Assembly: GCA_020348445.1 (NCBI GenBank)
Contig: CP070751.1
Location: 4,137,872 to 4,192,178, forward strand
Length of the DNA stretch: 54,307 nt
From: Thermoplasmata archaeon
Lineage (GTDB): Archaea; Thermoplasmatota; Thermoplasmata; GCA-020350865
Direction: 5' to 3'
Positions 18,912 through 29,400 of this stretch are shown piece after piece; position 1 is the stretch's first letter; each line of letters begins with the position of its first letter. A program made the position numbers and the translations under genes. Under the pieces are notes generated by a model. That model ran no database searches. It saw only the letters and a list, made by a program, of their open reading frames with translations, and was not told the DNA's origin.

Positions 18912-19688
18912 CTAAGATGTTTTTGCCACTGCAAATATGTTAAATGCAGATGGCTGGCCGCTTTCCAAGGCCTGAGTTTTAAAATCTTTGTTGTAGGTGG
19001 CTAGAAGATCGAATCCATGCTCATCCAATATCTTCGAAATTTCGGACACACTAAAGCAACGCAGTTTATGGACCTCTGTGAAAGAATCCACGATCTCTGA
19101 ACCACTATACACAATAAATTCCATTGAGAACTTCGCTATATTGGTCTTCTCATCCAATCTCGATTCATTCAGCCTGATCACAGTAATATTCCCCTTTTCA
19201 TCCTTAGCCTTATTCCAGCTTTTGAATTCTTTTACTGCCCCCTTAGCATTCCAGAACTCGAAGAGAAAAAGAGATTTTTTTTTCAGATTCTTCTTGAGTC
19301 TTCCAAGAAACCTACCCAGATCCTTTTTTGTTGTCAGATATCCAAAGGAGCCGAACATGCATATTGCACAATCGAATTTAAAATTAAAGTTCAACTCCCT
19401 CATATCCTGAACCAGGAAATCACAGTCCATATTTTTGGCCTGGGCCTTCTTTTTCGCCTGCTTTATCATAACAGGAGAGATATCGATACCAGTCACCTTG
19501 AATCCACGCCTGCAAAGTTCGATTGCATGACTTCCAGTTCCACAACCAATATCCAGGATATTCTCTGGGCTCTTTTCACAATACTTCTTAAAAAGATTTT
19601 CAAGATCATTGCATTCCTGTTTATAGTTATACGTGGGGCAGTATATCTTATCATAGTATTTTCCAAATTTTTTATATAAATCTTCCAT
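18912..19688 (-). CDS. Class I SAM-dependent methyltransferase
   Basis: ILDIGCGTGSH, GIDISP.MI, QDMRE; start set at ATG 19688 (ORF track 19727). Confidence 0.88.
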   Translation of the reverse strand: MEDLYKKFGKYYDKIYCPTYNYKQECNDLENLFKKYCEKSPENILDIGCGTGSHAIELCRRGFKVTGIDISPVMIKQAKKKAQAKNMDCDFLVQDMRELNFNFKFDCAICMFGSFGYLTTKKDLGRFLGRLKKNLKKKSLFLFEFWNAKGAVKEFKSWNKAKDEKGNITVIRLNESRLDEKTNIAKFSMEFIVYSGSEIVDSFTEVHKLRCFSVSEISKILDEHGFDLLATYNKDFKTQALESGQPSAFNIFAVAKTS

Positions 19689-19698
19689 TGGGTAACAC

Positions 19699-20343
19699 CT
19701 AGACCCTCTCAACCATCCCAATTGCACCCTCGGTGCAGTATTTCAGACAAAGACCGCAGCCAAAGCACTTGTCTTTATAATATACCAGTCCATCTGCTGT
19801 AATCTCCCTTGCACCGAACTGGCATCTTTCCACACAAATCCCGCAATCGTTGCAATCATCAGAGTTATGGGTAGATACGAACTCAGAGCTGAACACATGC
19901 TCAGGATAACCGAACCTCAGGGCTGCAGAAAGCGAGTGGCAGCAGCAGGAGCAGCAGCTGCATATTATCCCCACCTTATCCTTTCCCTCATCTGTGTAAG
20001 CCATATGTACAAAACCCGCATCGTAGGTTCGGTGCATGGCCTGTATGGCCTCGTCAACGGAGATTCTTTTCGCGTTGTCCTTCTCGATAGCTTCCTTTGC
20101 GTCCTCATCTAGACTGAGACAGCCGTCCATTGGCTCTATGCAGTTACCCATCCTTTTTCTGCAGTAACATTCCTCCTGGGCAATTATCTCTGCATTCTCA
20201 AGCAGCTCCCTAAGCTCGCTCATATCTAGGATCCTGTGTACACCTGAGAACTTCTGATTTACAGCTATTGTAACTGCTTTCATCTTTCCTATGTAGTTCT
20301 TCTCCAGCTCTTGCCTACTCCAGTCTTTGTTCATCAATTTCAC
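19699..20343 (-). CDS. 4Fe-4S dicluster protein with CxCR and CSCCSCCC motifs (paralog 2)
   Basis: ECYCR, GC, ICSCCSCCCH, CNDCGICVERC, CFGCGLCLKYC. Confidence 0.85.
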   Translation of the reverse strand: MKLMNKDWSRQELEKNYIGKMKAVTIAVNQKFSGVHRILDMSELRELLENAEIIAQEECYCRKRMGNCIEPMDGCLSLDEDAKEAIEKDNAKRISVDEAIQAMHRTYDAGFVHMAYTDEGKDKVGIICSCCSCCCHSLSAALRFGYPEHVFSSEFVSTHNSDDCNDCGICVERCQFGAREITADGLVYYKDKCFGCGLCLKYCTEGAIGMVERV

Positions 20344-20979
20344 CTAACTTCTTTTGACCATCTCTATTGCATCCCCAGGACAGGTCTCAACACAAACTCC
20401 ACACCCAAAACATTTCTCTTTTTGGTAAACTAACTTTTCATCCACAAACTCCCTTGCATGAAACTGGCATCTGTCCACACATGTCCCGCAGTCTTCGCAT
20501 TTATCCATATCCTGGGTTGCAATGAATTTCGAGGAAAAAACATGATCAGAGTAACCGAACCTCACTGACGCGGAAAGTGAGTGGCAGCAGCAGGAGCAGC
20601 AACTGCAGACCCAGGTGAGCTTACCATTTTCTTTGAGATAATAGGCCATATGCACAAGGCCAGCATCATAGGTTCTTCTCATGGCTTCAAGAGCTTCATC
20701 GAGTGTTATGCGTCTGGCTTCCTTTCTTGCGATCCAATCAATTGCCTCATCATCGATTGCAAAGCAGCCGTCCATTGGGTCGATACATTTACCCATTTTT
20801 TTTCGGCAATCGCACTCCCCCTGAGCAATCACCTCAGCCTGTTCTAAAACCTCCTTAAGCTCGCTTAGGTCAAGGATTTTCTGGACTCCTGAAAATTTTA
20901 GATTAAGGGGTATGGTCACTGCCTTCATTCTGTTAACGTATTTCTTTTCAAGTTCTTCCCGATCCCAGTCTTTATCCAT
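20344..20979 (-). CDS. 4Fe-4S dicluster protein with CxCR and CSCCSCCC motifs (paralog 1)
   Basis: ECDCR, GC, VCSCCSCCCH, CEDCGTCVDRC, CFGCGVCVETC. Confidence 0.85.
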   Translation of the reverse strand: MDKDWDREELEKKYVNRMKAVTIPLNLKFSGVQKILDLSELKEVLEQAEVIAQGECDCRKKMGKCIDPMDGCFAIDDEAIDWIARKEARRITLDEALEAMRRTYDAGLVHMAYYLKENGKLTWVCSCCSCCCHSLSASVRFGYSDHVFSSKFIATQDMDKCEDCGTCVDRCQFHAREFVDEKLVYQKEKCFGCGVCVETCPGDAIEMVKRS

Positions 20980-21031
20980 CTTATCTCCCCTAATTCAAAT
21001 TACCTATTAATAATATTTCTCGTAAACCACC

Positions 21032-22177
21032 TTAAAATCGAGTATTTTCGTCCAGCCAATCGAAATCGGGGGGAACAAAATCAGATAGCCTTCGTAATGC
21101 TGACAGCTTCTCCTTCTTCCCGATCTTGGCTTCCTCAATCCCATGCTGTATAATATCCACACTCTCATCCATGACCTTCCGATCAACAGGATACGGGACT
21201 CCGTCCTTTCCACCCACAGCAAACGAAAACTTCACTGGATCCTTCCAAGATGGCGGCTCTCCATAAACGAGCTCTGAGACAAGAGCCAAGGCGCGCACTG
21301 TCGCAGGACCGATTCCCTTTATGCTCACTAGTTCCTCATAATTTTTAGGTTGGAACTCGTATGCTCCCCTTACAAAGTTCCAGTTTATTCTCTTGGGCAT
21401 AATCAGGGTGGATATGTATTTTCCCTTTGCTACCTCAAGACCCCATTCGGAAAGTGATGATTGGCCGGGTTTTCTTAAGGATTCCACAATCCACTTTAAC
21501 TTCTTGGGGGAATCCCGTATAAGGTCCACGGAAATTTTCTGCACCTCCTCACTTTCTCTTGAGGTCATATCCAGTGTTTTCCCCCTCTGTCTTTCACCTA
21601 CAATAGCATCATGGGGCTCAAGTATGAAGCTGTCCAAGTTCTCGGAAAGCCAGTGATACCTCCTTGCATAACCACTTTCGTTGTTAATGCCCTGCTGAAT
21701 CACACACCAGTTACCCTTCTCAGTAAAAACCAGGACATGATGGTACAGTTGATAGGAATCCTGAATTGCTGTATTGTCCACCTTGGCACTCATCTTGCTG
21801 GAATACACAAGCTCATCGCTCTTCAGGGTTGAAAGTCCCAATGTATCGCATCCGGAAACGATCTCAGAGGGAGCTTTCTTTGAGGCCTTCCCCTTTCCAC
21901 CAGCAACCATGATGCCGTGCCTTTTAGGATCGAGGGCTTCTTTTAGAGCTCCACACGTCACGGTAGTGGTTCCTGAGGAATGCCAGTCAAATCCAAGGAC
22001 ACAGGAGAAGGCCTGGAACCAGAAGGGATCAGAGAGCCTACGAAGAAGCTCAGACTCATCGTATTCAAGGACTATGACCTCGGAAATTCCCTCAGCAAGC
22101 TTCACCATTCTCTTAAAGAGCCATCTCGGGGCTGAGCCACCGTGCAAGGGAAGCTCAGCATAACCTGTTCTGGGCAA
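21032..22177 (-). CDS. DUF763 family protein
   Basis: A.LPLHGG.AP.WLF.RM, GFDWHSSGTTT, SAKVDNTAIQD.Y.LYHH, GIGPATVRAL, FAVGGKDGVPYPV. Confidence 0.9.
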   Translation of the reverse strand: MPRTGYAELPLHGGSAPRWLFKRMVKLAEGISEVIVLEYDESELLRRLSDPFWFQAFSCVLGFDWHSSGTTTVTCGALKEALDPKRHGIMVAGGKGKASKKAPSEIVSGCDTLGLSTLKSDELVYSSKMSAKVDNTAIQDSYQLYHHVLVFTEKGNWCVIQQGINNESGYARRYHWLSENLDSFILEPHDAIVGERQRGKTLDMTSRESEEVQKISVDLIRDSPKKLKWIVESLRKPGQSSLSEWGLEVAKGKYISTLIMPKRINWNFVRGAYEFQPKNYEELVSIKGIGPATVRALALVSELVYGEPPSWKDPVKFSFAVGGKDGVPYPVDRKVMDESVDIIQHGIEEAKIGKKEKLSALRRLSDFVPPDFDWLDENTRF

Positions 22178-22249
22178 TTAATCTTCACCTGGGAACAAAT
22201 CGGAGTCAGGACTAATAAAAGTTTTTCAGGGGGAGCAATGAAAGTAAAA

Positions 22250-23725
22250 TTACATGCGCATGACCTGGGCCGATGCAGTCTCGTCTGCTAATTGGTAAAC
22301 ATCCTCTTCGGGAACGTACTTAACCTTACCTGCATAACAGGCTGTCTCCCTACCCGCACGTTCCAATCTGATCAAACCCGCGCCTTCCAGGATTTTCACG
22401 TGGTAATTGACTACCTGTTTGCTCTCGTCAAGGAGCTTTGAGATCTGTTTTTGTGTGATACCGGGGTGCTTTTGAATGATCTCAAATATATCTCTTTGTA
22501 TCCTGGAAAGATGCAGCCTTTTCTCGGGAATCCTCATGGTGCTAGGATAGAACCTTTTGTAGATTCCGTCCCTAAGTGACCTTATGAATCCCTCCCTTTC
22601 CAGAACCTGCAGATGATAGGCGCCGACACCGTTGTGCAGACGTAAATCTTGAATAATTGCATTGTAGTGTGTACCGGGATTGGCCTGTATGTAACCGAAG
22701 ATTTGACCACGGGTGAAGTGGGAGAGAACGTCCTTTTTCTTCAAACGCACATACAGAGGTAAGAATAGGGAGATGAGGCTAAAGTATCCTACCTCGGTTG
22801 CTCCGAGGAAAGCAGCAATACCAATTCCGCAACCCACAAAGCCCACCATAAAAAGCAGCATCCAGTCTATCTGAAAAGGAGAAGCTATCTCAGGCACTCT
22901 GACCTTTGTCGTGAAGGTTTGGCTTGACTGCGAGCTCGCATGTTGTGACGAGGAAACCAAGACATCGAATTTGTAATCACCCTCCAGAACATCAGGTGGT
23001 ATTTGTTGGTCAATATAGATTATTTGCGTATCCCCTGGATTTAATATCAGGTTATCGACACTTTTAGTAAATGTCCAGCCTTCGTTCTCCAGTTCTTCAT
23101 GGTTTTGCAGCTCGATTTCGAAAATATCGGAAACTGTGGCTGCGTTTGTGACTGAAATGGAGTAAGTAATTGAGGAACTAGGAAGGATACGCTGTTCAAT
23201 AATATCGGTAACCATTTTTACCCTATTTTGGATCACCTCGATGATAGAGGATTCACTGAATACATTGGATGTGGAAGACACTATATCTGGCGGTTCAGGA
23301 TTCTTTTTATCAATACTTGCCCAGACGTAGATATTATGTTCTTCTTGTTGGGCGTTTTTAGGGGGAATTATTTCCCCGTCGAACGTAACAATAACAGGCT
23401 CTGGATTAGGGCTTGGGTCGAAAGGAACCCAGGTTTCCTCAGGGGTGATTGAGGTCTCCCATCCCTCTGGTGCATAGATACCAAAATAAACATTACCAGT
23501 ATAATCTTCAATTTTAAAAGTTCCAGAAATTTCTATTATTATTGACTCATCCACTGTAAAATCAGCAGTTTGGTATATTTTGTCTATTGTAACCGTGATC
23601 TTTGTTTCCTGTGCACTTACAGGGTATGCAGATAATAAGATAAGAAATCCCAATAAAACCAGAGCTACAAGTAAAAAAATCGACTTTTTTCCATTATCCT
23701 GGTTCTTTGCCAATAAAATCGGCAT
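22250..23725 (-). CDS. Membrane-tethered transcription regulator: exported Ig-like domains, TM, cytoplasmic tandem winged HTH
   Basis: Signal peptide; YSISVTN.....D.FEI Ig-like module; TM; RGQIFGYIQANPG.HY and IFEIIQKHPGITQKQIS..V.YHVKILE. Confidence 0.8.
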   Translation of the reverse strand: MPILLAKNQDNGKKSIFLLVALVLLGFLILLSAYPVSAQETKITVTIDKIYQTADFTVDESIIIEISGTFKIEDYTGNVYFGIYAPEGWETSITPEETWVPFDPSPNPEPVIVTFDGEIIPPKNAQQEEHNIYVWASIDKKNPEPPDIVSSTSNVFSESSIIEVIQNRVKMVTDIIEQRILPSSSITYSISVTNAATVSDIFEIELQNHEELENEGWTFTKSVDNLILNPGDTQIIYIDQQIPPDVLEGDYKFDVLVSSSQHASSQSSQTFTTKVRVPEIASPFQIDWMLLFMVGFVGCGIGIAAFLGATEVGYFSLISLFLPLYVRLKKKDVLSHFTRGQIFGYIQANPGTHYNAIIQDLRLHNGVGAYHLQVLEREGFIRSLRDGIYKRFYPSTMRIPEKRLHLSRIQRDIFEIIQKHPGITQKQISKLLDESKQVVNYHVKILEGAGLIRLERAGRETACYAGKVKYVPEEDVYQLADETASAQVMRM

Positions 23726-23891
23726 TTCACGTCCTCGTTCAATATATATAAGAATTATCGCTTATAAATAAATTGGTGGGGAAGTTTGACTGTTTATACC
23801 AGAAAACCGGGGTTCTAAGGGGGTTTTAGACGGATAAATAATGCCAAAAATGATATAAACCACCAAGGCATATCACTTAATCGGGCACAAC

Positions 23892-25277
23892 ATGACAAGA
23901 CATGGATTCAGGGTGACATTGGCAGCACTCTTTATTTTTCTGTTACTCTTTTCCTTGGTCCCGGGTATTGCCCAGGCCGACATTGGTAGAAACGGTGGCA
24001 CCACCCACGTTAAATCCGACATGGAGATGATGTCAGGGGTCCCGGTTCACGGCGGCGGGCACATCACATGGATCGTAAGTGGTGAAGCAGCCAGAGAGCT
24101 TCGAAACAAGATAATAGAAAAATATGATGGCCATATCAATCTAACAGGGACTCCAAATGGCAGATTGGATCTTCCTGAGGTGGAGTTGTATCAAATACAC
24201 CTGGAAAGATACCTGGAGGATGAAGAGCATGTGTACATGGGAGCCAACCTCCGCCGCTTCGCGCTTTTAAACCGTAATCCAAGTAAGGATATATCGGGTC
24301 TCATTGACACAACCGAGGCCTCCACAGGTAAAATCGAGATAAGGTTCTATTTTGATGCCTGGATGCCCGAAGGATCAGGAGCAACTGACGTTCTCCTCAC
24401 CGACACGACAATTCCTGATGCAATCTATTACCCATTGGGTGAGACCTTCCATGGAACCTACAAGATCGAACACACGAACTACATGGTGAGTGTGGGGGAC
24501 TTCGCCACAGAAAAGGTCAGCAAAGGGACATATTACCTGATAAGAACCCCCTTTGGAGATATCTTTCATTACAGCGTAACATTCAAAGCAGATAGCAATC
24601 CAAACGAGAAGTTGAAGTACGAACCTTTCAGTTGGATAGAATGCCCACTGGTTTTATTTATCATGGTCGTGGTTATTGGATACTTCGTTGTCACCATGCC
24701 CGGAAGGTTTCGAAGGTACGACGTAATGAAAAATGTGAAGCTCCACACGCTTTCGAAGATACTGCTTTTGTTAATGATTCTGCTTTATCTTTTCGCTGGA
24801 ATCGGCGGTTTTTTTGTGGCAGGCATGTACCTTTGGATAATCAGTATAGTCTTTCTTTTCGTAATTTTAGTGATATCAAAGACTATCTACGAAAACGCTG
24901 CTCGAGTAACGAGGATGCCCGAAAAACCGGAGCCAACGCCAGCTGGCGCGGCCGCGGCAGGAGAAGCAGCGGGATCAGAGCTTGAAAAGGAGAAGGAAGA
25001 AAAGACTGTTCAGTGTGCCACATGCGGAGAAATCTACAATCTCATGGACAGGTACTCGCTGTCCTCTGCACCTTGTCCTGCATGCGGGAGCATTGGTGCT
25101 GTGGAGTTCGGCCGCGAAGAACTCCCTCCGCCGCCACCGCCTGAACCCCTCCCTCCACCGGTTCCGCCTGAGATTGCGGAGCCTGAAGAAATCGAAGGAC
25201 CAGAGGAAGCAGCTGAACCAGAGGAGATGGAGGAACCTAAGGAGCCCAAGAAGCTCAAGAAGAGCAAGAAAAAGTAA
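23892..25277 (+). CDS. Secreted/membrane protein: exported domain, 3 TM helices, Zn ribbon, Pro/Glu-rich tail
   Basis: Signal peptide ending AQA; TM cluster; CATCG...CPACG; PPPPPPEP. Confidence 0.7.
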   Translation: MTRHGFRVTLAALFIFLLLFSLVPGIAQADIGRNGGTTHVKSDMEMMSGVPVHGGGHITWIVSGEAARELRNKIIEKYDGHINLTGTPNGRLDLPEVELYQIHLERYLEDEEHVYMGANLRRFALLNRNPSKDISGLIDTTEASTGKIEIRFYFDAWMPEGSGATDVLLTDTTIPDAIYYPLGETFHGTYKIEHTNYMVSVGDFATEKVSKGTYYLIRTPFGDIFHYSVTFKADSNPNEKLKYEPFSWIECPLVLFIMVVVIGYFVVTMPGRFRRYDVMKNVKLHTLSKILLLLMILLYLFAGIGGFFVAGMYLWIISIVFLFVILVISKTIYENAARVTRMPEKPEPTPAGAAAAGEAAGSELEKEKEEKTVQCATCGEIYNLMDRYSLSSAPCPACGSIGAVEFGREELPPPPPPEPLPPPVPPEIAEPEEIEGPEEAAEPEEMEEPKEPKKLKKSKKK

Positions 25278-25509
25278 TTCATGGGAAATCCTCAAGTTGC
25301 TTTGAATAATTTTAACAACTCCTAAATAATTTATTTTAATTGGGAAGAATCCCACAATTACTCCCTAGAATTCTTAGAATCGATAATATTTATAACCTCG
25401 TAATTCTATTCACCTGTGTTCGGATGGGATAAAGAAGTAATATTCTATGAAAGAGCAATTAATCAGAATGTTGAGAATGAATGGATAATAGAAAAGGAGA
25501 GTGAATATT

Positions 25510-27519
25510 ATGGCAAGGTCAATTGCTGAGGAACTGGCAAAGAAGCAAAAGGAAATCTCGGTCTCGGAGTTCTTCGAAAGAAACAAACATATCCTTGGTT
25601 TTGATACATTAACAAGATCCCTTTTAACTGCAGTAAAAGAAGGTGTTGATAATTCCCTTGATGCCTGCGAGGAGGCCAACATCCTTCCCGAGATATTTGT
25701 GGAGATAAAGCAAGTATCAAGAAACGAATATTTGCTGATTTCAGAGGACAACGGCCCAGGTATAGTGAAAAAGCAGATTCCACATATCTTCGGGAGATTA
25801 CTTTACGGCTCCAGGTTTCATGCAATAAGACAATCAAGAGGACAGCAGGGAATCGGAATTTCTGCAGCTGTTATGCATGGGCAACTCACAACCGGCAAGC
25901 CCACCAAGGTCAAATCAAAGACATCAAAAGAGGATGTGGCCCACGAGATCACTTTGATGATGGACACCAAGAGAAACAGACCCGAGGTTCTCAAGCAGGA
26001 CTTCGTGATATGGGAGGGAAAGGAGCATGGAACAAGGGTTGAGATACACCTAAAAGGCAAGTATATAAAGGGCAAACAGTCAGTGTTCGAGTACTTAAAG
26101 GGAACGGCCATTGTAAATCCCCACGCTCAGGTGACATTGATTGAGCCCGATAACACAAAAACAGAATTTAAAAGGGTCACTGACAAGATGCCTCCTACAA
26201 CAAAGGAGATCAAACCCCATCCTGAGGGTATAGAATTGGGTATACTCATGAAGATGGCCAAGGCAACAAAAGCCAAGAGGATGACATCATTTTTAACACA
26301 GGATTTCTCTAGAATCTCCAGTCGAGTTGCAAAGGAGATATGCGAGAAGGCTGAAATCGAGCCCACCATGAGGCCGACAAGGTTGAAGCTGGACAGTGCA
26401 AAGAGGGTGATAGATGCCATAAAACAAGTAAAGATCATGTCCCCACAAACAGATTGTCTTTCACCCATTGGAGAGCTTCTCATAAAGAAGGGCCTGAAGA
26501 ACGTACTGGAAGATCAGAGACCTGATTTCTATGCGCCGCCTGTGACAAGGGATCCAGGGGTGTACTCGGGCAATCCGTTTCAGGTAGAGGTGGGTGTGGT
26601 GCATGGAGGTGATTTACCCTCAGATGCGCCTGTCAAGATACTCAGGTTCGCAAATAGGGTGCCCCTTCTGTACCAGCAGGGAGGCTGTGCATGTACTAAA
26701 GCGGTTGAGAATGTGGACTGGCGGCGCTACGGCCTTGAGCAGAGGGGGGGAAAGGGCATACCCTATGGACCTGCCATAATCCTGGTCCATGTGGCCTCAA
26801 CAAAGATCCCCTTCACCTCAGAAGCAAAGGAGGCCATTGCAGAAATACCCGAGATTAGAGAGGAGATAGAGTGGGCCTTAAGAAGATGCGCAAGAAGATT
26901 ACAGATTCATATCAAGAAGAAGGTGAGAAAGAAGAAGACCAGGGAGAAGTTCGACATCGTACAGACTATCCTGCCCAAGATCGCGGAAAAATCTGCTAAG
27001 ATAGTGGGAAAGCCCGTGCCCAAACTTGAGCCCATCATCACCAAGATCATGGATGTTGTGTGGATCGACGATCTAGTTGAGTATGAGAAGGGAAAACATA
27101 ACGTGACAATCAGTCTATACAACTATACATCCTCAAGAAAGAAGTTCAATTTGTACGCTGTTGTTCCCGAGGGCTCAATCGATGAAAAGAGCATAAGTCT
27201 AAAACCTACAAGGATAAGAAAGAGCGGCAAGATAAGATGGGAGCTAAGAGCAATTCCCAGCACTGAGAAAATAGACATCACATTCAGGTTAAAGGGTCTT
27301 GACAAGGACGATTTCGACGAGGCCGAAATCTATGTTTCAGGAATCAATCCCGTTCAGGTGATAGGAGCCGAACCCCTACCTGGAGATTGGGATCTGGACG
27401 AGGAGATCCAGGAGCCCTCCACGCTGGATGATTTCATAGAGGAGGAACAGGGGGATGAGGAGATGGAGGTCATTGGTGAGGCTGACGAAGAGGTGGAGGA
27501 GGTGATGGAGAATGACTGA
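25510..27519 (+). CDS. top6B: DNA topoisomerase VI subunit B
   Basis: [54 protein letters not shown]; C-terminal extra domain and acidic tail. Confidence 0.97.
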   Translation: MARSIAEELAKKQKEISVSEFFERNKHILGFDTLTRSLLTAVKEGVDNSLDACEEANILPEIFVEIKQVSRNEYLLISEDNGPGIVKKQIPHIFGRLLYGSRFHAIRQSRGQQGIGISAAVMHGQLTTGKPTKVKSKTSKEDVAHEITLMMDTKRNRPEVLKQDFVIWEGKEHGTRVEIHLKGKYIKGKQSVFEYLKGTAIVNPHAQVTLIEPDNTKTEFKRVTDKMPPTTKEIKPHPEGIELGILMKMAKATKAKRMTSFLTQDFSRISSRVAKEICEKAEIEPTMRPTRLKLDSAKRVIDAIKQVKIMSPQTDCLSPIGELLIKKGLKNVLEDQRPDFYAPPVTRDPGVYSGNPFQVEVGVVHGGDLPSDAPVKILRFANRVPLLYQQGGCACTKAVENVDWRRYGLEQRGGKGIPYGPAIILVHVASTKIPFTSEAKEAIAEIPEIREEIEWALRRCARRLQIHIKKKVRKKKTREKFDIVQTILPKIAEKSAKIVGKPVPKLEPIITKIMDVVWIDDLVEYEKGKHNVTISLYNYTSSRKKFNLYAVVPEGSIDEKSISLKPTRIRKSGKIRWELRAIPSTEKIDITFRLKGLDKDDFDEAEIYVSGINPVQVIGAEPLPGDWDLDEEIQEPSTLDDFIEEEQGDEEMEVIGEADEEVEEVMEND

Positions 27520-28606
27520 GGCAAGGTATAAGAATGCGGTAACAGAACTGGAGGATATTGCATCCGATATCTACAAACAGATGGACAAGGGCAAGATTCC
27601 CAGCATGAAGATCCCTGTTCGCACCAAGGCCAATATCAAGTTCTCGAGAAAGAACCATGTGTGGACATTGGGTAAATCCATGGGTGCAAGAAGCGCAAAG
27701 AAACTCAACGGAGCGTACATGTTGCTTCGAACATTGCATATGATGGAGTTTATCGAGGATATGATCTCCAATTCGCGCTCTTCAACTCTAAGGGAGATGT
27801 ACTACATCTCCGAGGGCTGGGAGCAGGCCAAATTCTCCACGCAGAACGAATCCAACAAGCTTGCAGAGGATCTTGAGGCCATAACTGGCTGCATGCGGGA
27901 GGATTTCAAGCTGCGGCCCGAGGAGGATGGCGCAAGGGTCATAGGCAACATCACATTAGAGGAAGTGAATAGAAAAGGCCAGAAGAAGAAGATCAACTGC
28001 CGAGACGATGTCGGGGATTCTGGATATGGTATCCCGTACAATGTGGAGAAGGACAAGATAAAATTCAAAGATATTGGAGTAAAATTCATTATAGCAATCG
28101 AGACCGGTGGTATGTTCGATAGGCTCGTGGAAAACGGATTCGACGAGACGGCATCGGCACTTCTTCTACATCTCAAGGGCCAGCCAGCAAGAAGCACAAG
28201 ACGCTTTGTAAAGCGTCTATCAGTGGAGCACAATCTGCCTGTCGCCGTGTTCACCGATGGTGATCCATGGTCATTTCGGATCTTTGCCTCCGTTGCCTAC
28301 GGAGCCATAAATACCGCCTATATATCCGAATATCTGGCAACACCTACAACAGAATACATCGGCATTACGGCCTCGGACATCCTAAACTACGAACTTCCAA
28401 GCGACAAGCTCAACGAACAGGATATAAGGGCATTAAAAGCCGAGCTTTCTGATCCCAGGTTCAAGGGGCAGTTCTGGAAAAACGAAATCGAACTAATGTT
28501 GGATATAAAAAAGAAAGCCGAGCAGCAGGCCCTGGCCAAATACGGCCTTGACTTTGTCACAGACAAATACCTGCCAGATAAGCTGGGTGAAATGGGACTC
28601 ATGTGA
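27512..28606 (+). CDS. top6A: DNA topoisomerase VI subunit A
   Basis: [45 protein letters not shown]. Confidence 0.97.
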   Translation: MTEARYKNAVTELEDIASDIYKQMDKGKIPSMKIPVRTKANIKFSRKNHVWTLGKSMGARSAKKLNGAYMLLRTLHMMEFIEDMISNSRSSTLREMYYISEGWEQAKFSTQNESNKLAEDLEAITGCMREDFKLRPEEDGARVIGNITLEEVNRKGQKKKINCRDDVGDSGYGIPYNVEKDKIKFKDIGVKFIIAIETGGMFDRLVENGFDETASALLLHLKGQPARSTRRFVKRLSVEHNLPVAVFTDGDPWSFRIFASVAYGAINTAYISEYLATPTTEYIGITASDILNYELPSDKLNEQDIRALKAELSDPRFKGQFWKNEIELMLDIKKKAEQQALAKYGLDFVTDKYLPDKLGEMGLM

Positions 28607-28626
28607 TCTTTTTTGTGGTGCGGGAC

Positions 28627-29394
28627 ATGAACTTCGTGGGAATCGACCTGTCCTGGGGAGTTACTTCTCCAAAACCCAATAGGACAGCTGCAGGGGTACT
28701 TACAGAGAATTGCGAGCTTGTGGCAAATGCCCTGCTCACAACAGATGATGATATATTAGAATTCATAAAAAATTACCTGGATGAAGGCTGCATCGTGGGT
28801 ATAGACGCACCCCTTGTTATTCCTCCCAATGTGAAACAGAGGGAATGTGAGAGGCAACTTCTCTTATGCAAAATCGCGGTTTTTCCGGGGAACAGGGCCT
28901 GGTTTGTGAGAGCTTTCGGCGGCGTGCGCGGTGAGATTCTTGTTGATAGGCTAAAGGAGTGCAATTTGCAGTTAAGGGATTTTATTGAACCTAAAAAGAG
29001 AACTTCTGCGGTTCTGGAGGTCTACCCGTACGCCTCATGGAGGGTCCTTTTCGAAGGTGATACAGTCCCAAAGTACAAGAACACCACCAGAAAGAGGAAA
29101 ATCCAGGGTTTGACGCAGTTGAGAAAAAAGCTATTTGAGATCGATTCGCCGAGGAAGTTGAGAATCCCAAAAAATCTAGATCATAAATTGGATGTGGATT
29201 TAAATTCCCTTGATAGCGGCTCGCTTGACCAGCTGGGTGACCTTCTTGACGCAACAATAGCCGCATACACCGTCTTGATGTACTGGCATTTTGGGGATGA
29301 GAAATGTGTTGTGCTCGGTGATTTGAGACGCGGCTTTATTTTAACGCTGGCTAGTGATTGCTTGAGGAAAACAGCCTTTAAAAGAAAATATTAA
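28627..29394 (+). CDS. DUF429 family predicted nuclease (RNase H-like fold)
   Basis: FVGIDLSWG, GIDAPL.IP, R.CE..L, EVYP, D.LDA. Confidence 0.8.
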   Translation: MNFVGIDLSWGVTSPKPNRTAAGVLTENCELVANALLTTDDDILEFIKNYLDEGCIVGIDAPLVIPPNVKQRECERQLLLCKIAVFPGNRAWFVRAFGGVRGEILVDRLKECNLQLRDFIEPKKRTSAVLEVYPYASWRVLFEGDTVPKYKNTTRKRKIQGLTQLRKKLFEIDSPRKLRIPKNLDHKLDVDLNSLDSGSLDQLGDLLDATIAAYTVLMYWHFGDEKCVVLGDLRRGFILTLASDCLRKTAFKRKY

Positions 29395-29400
29395 ATATAA

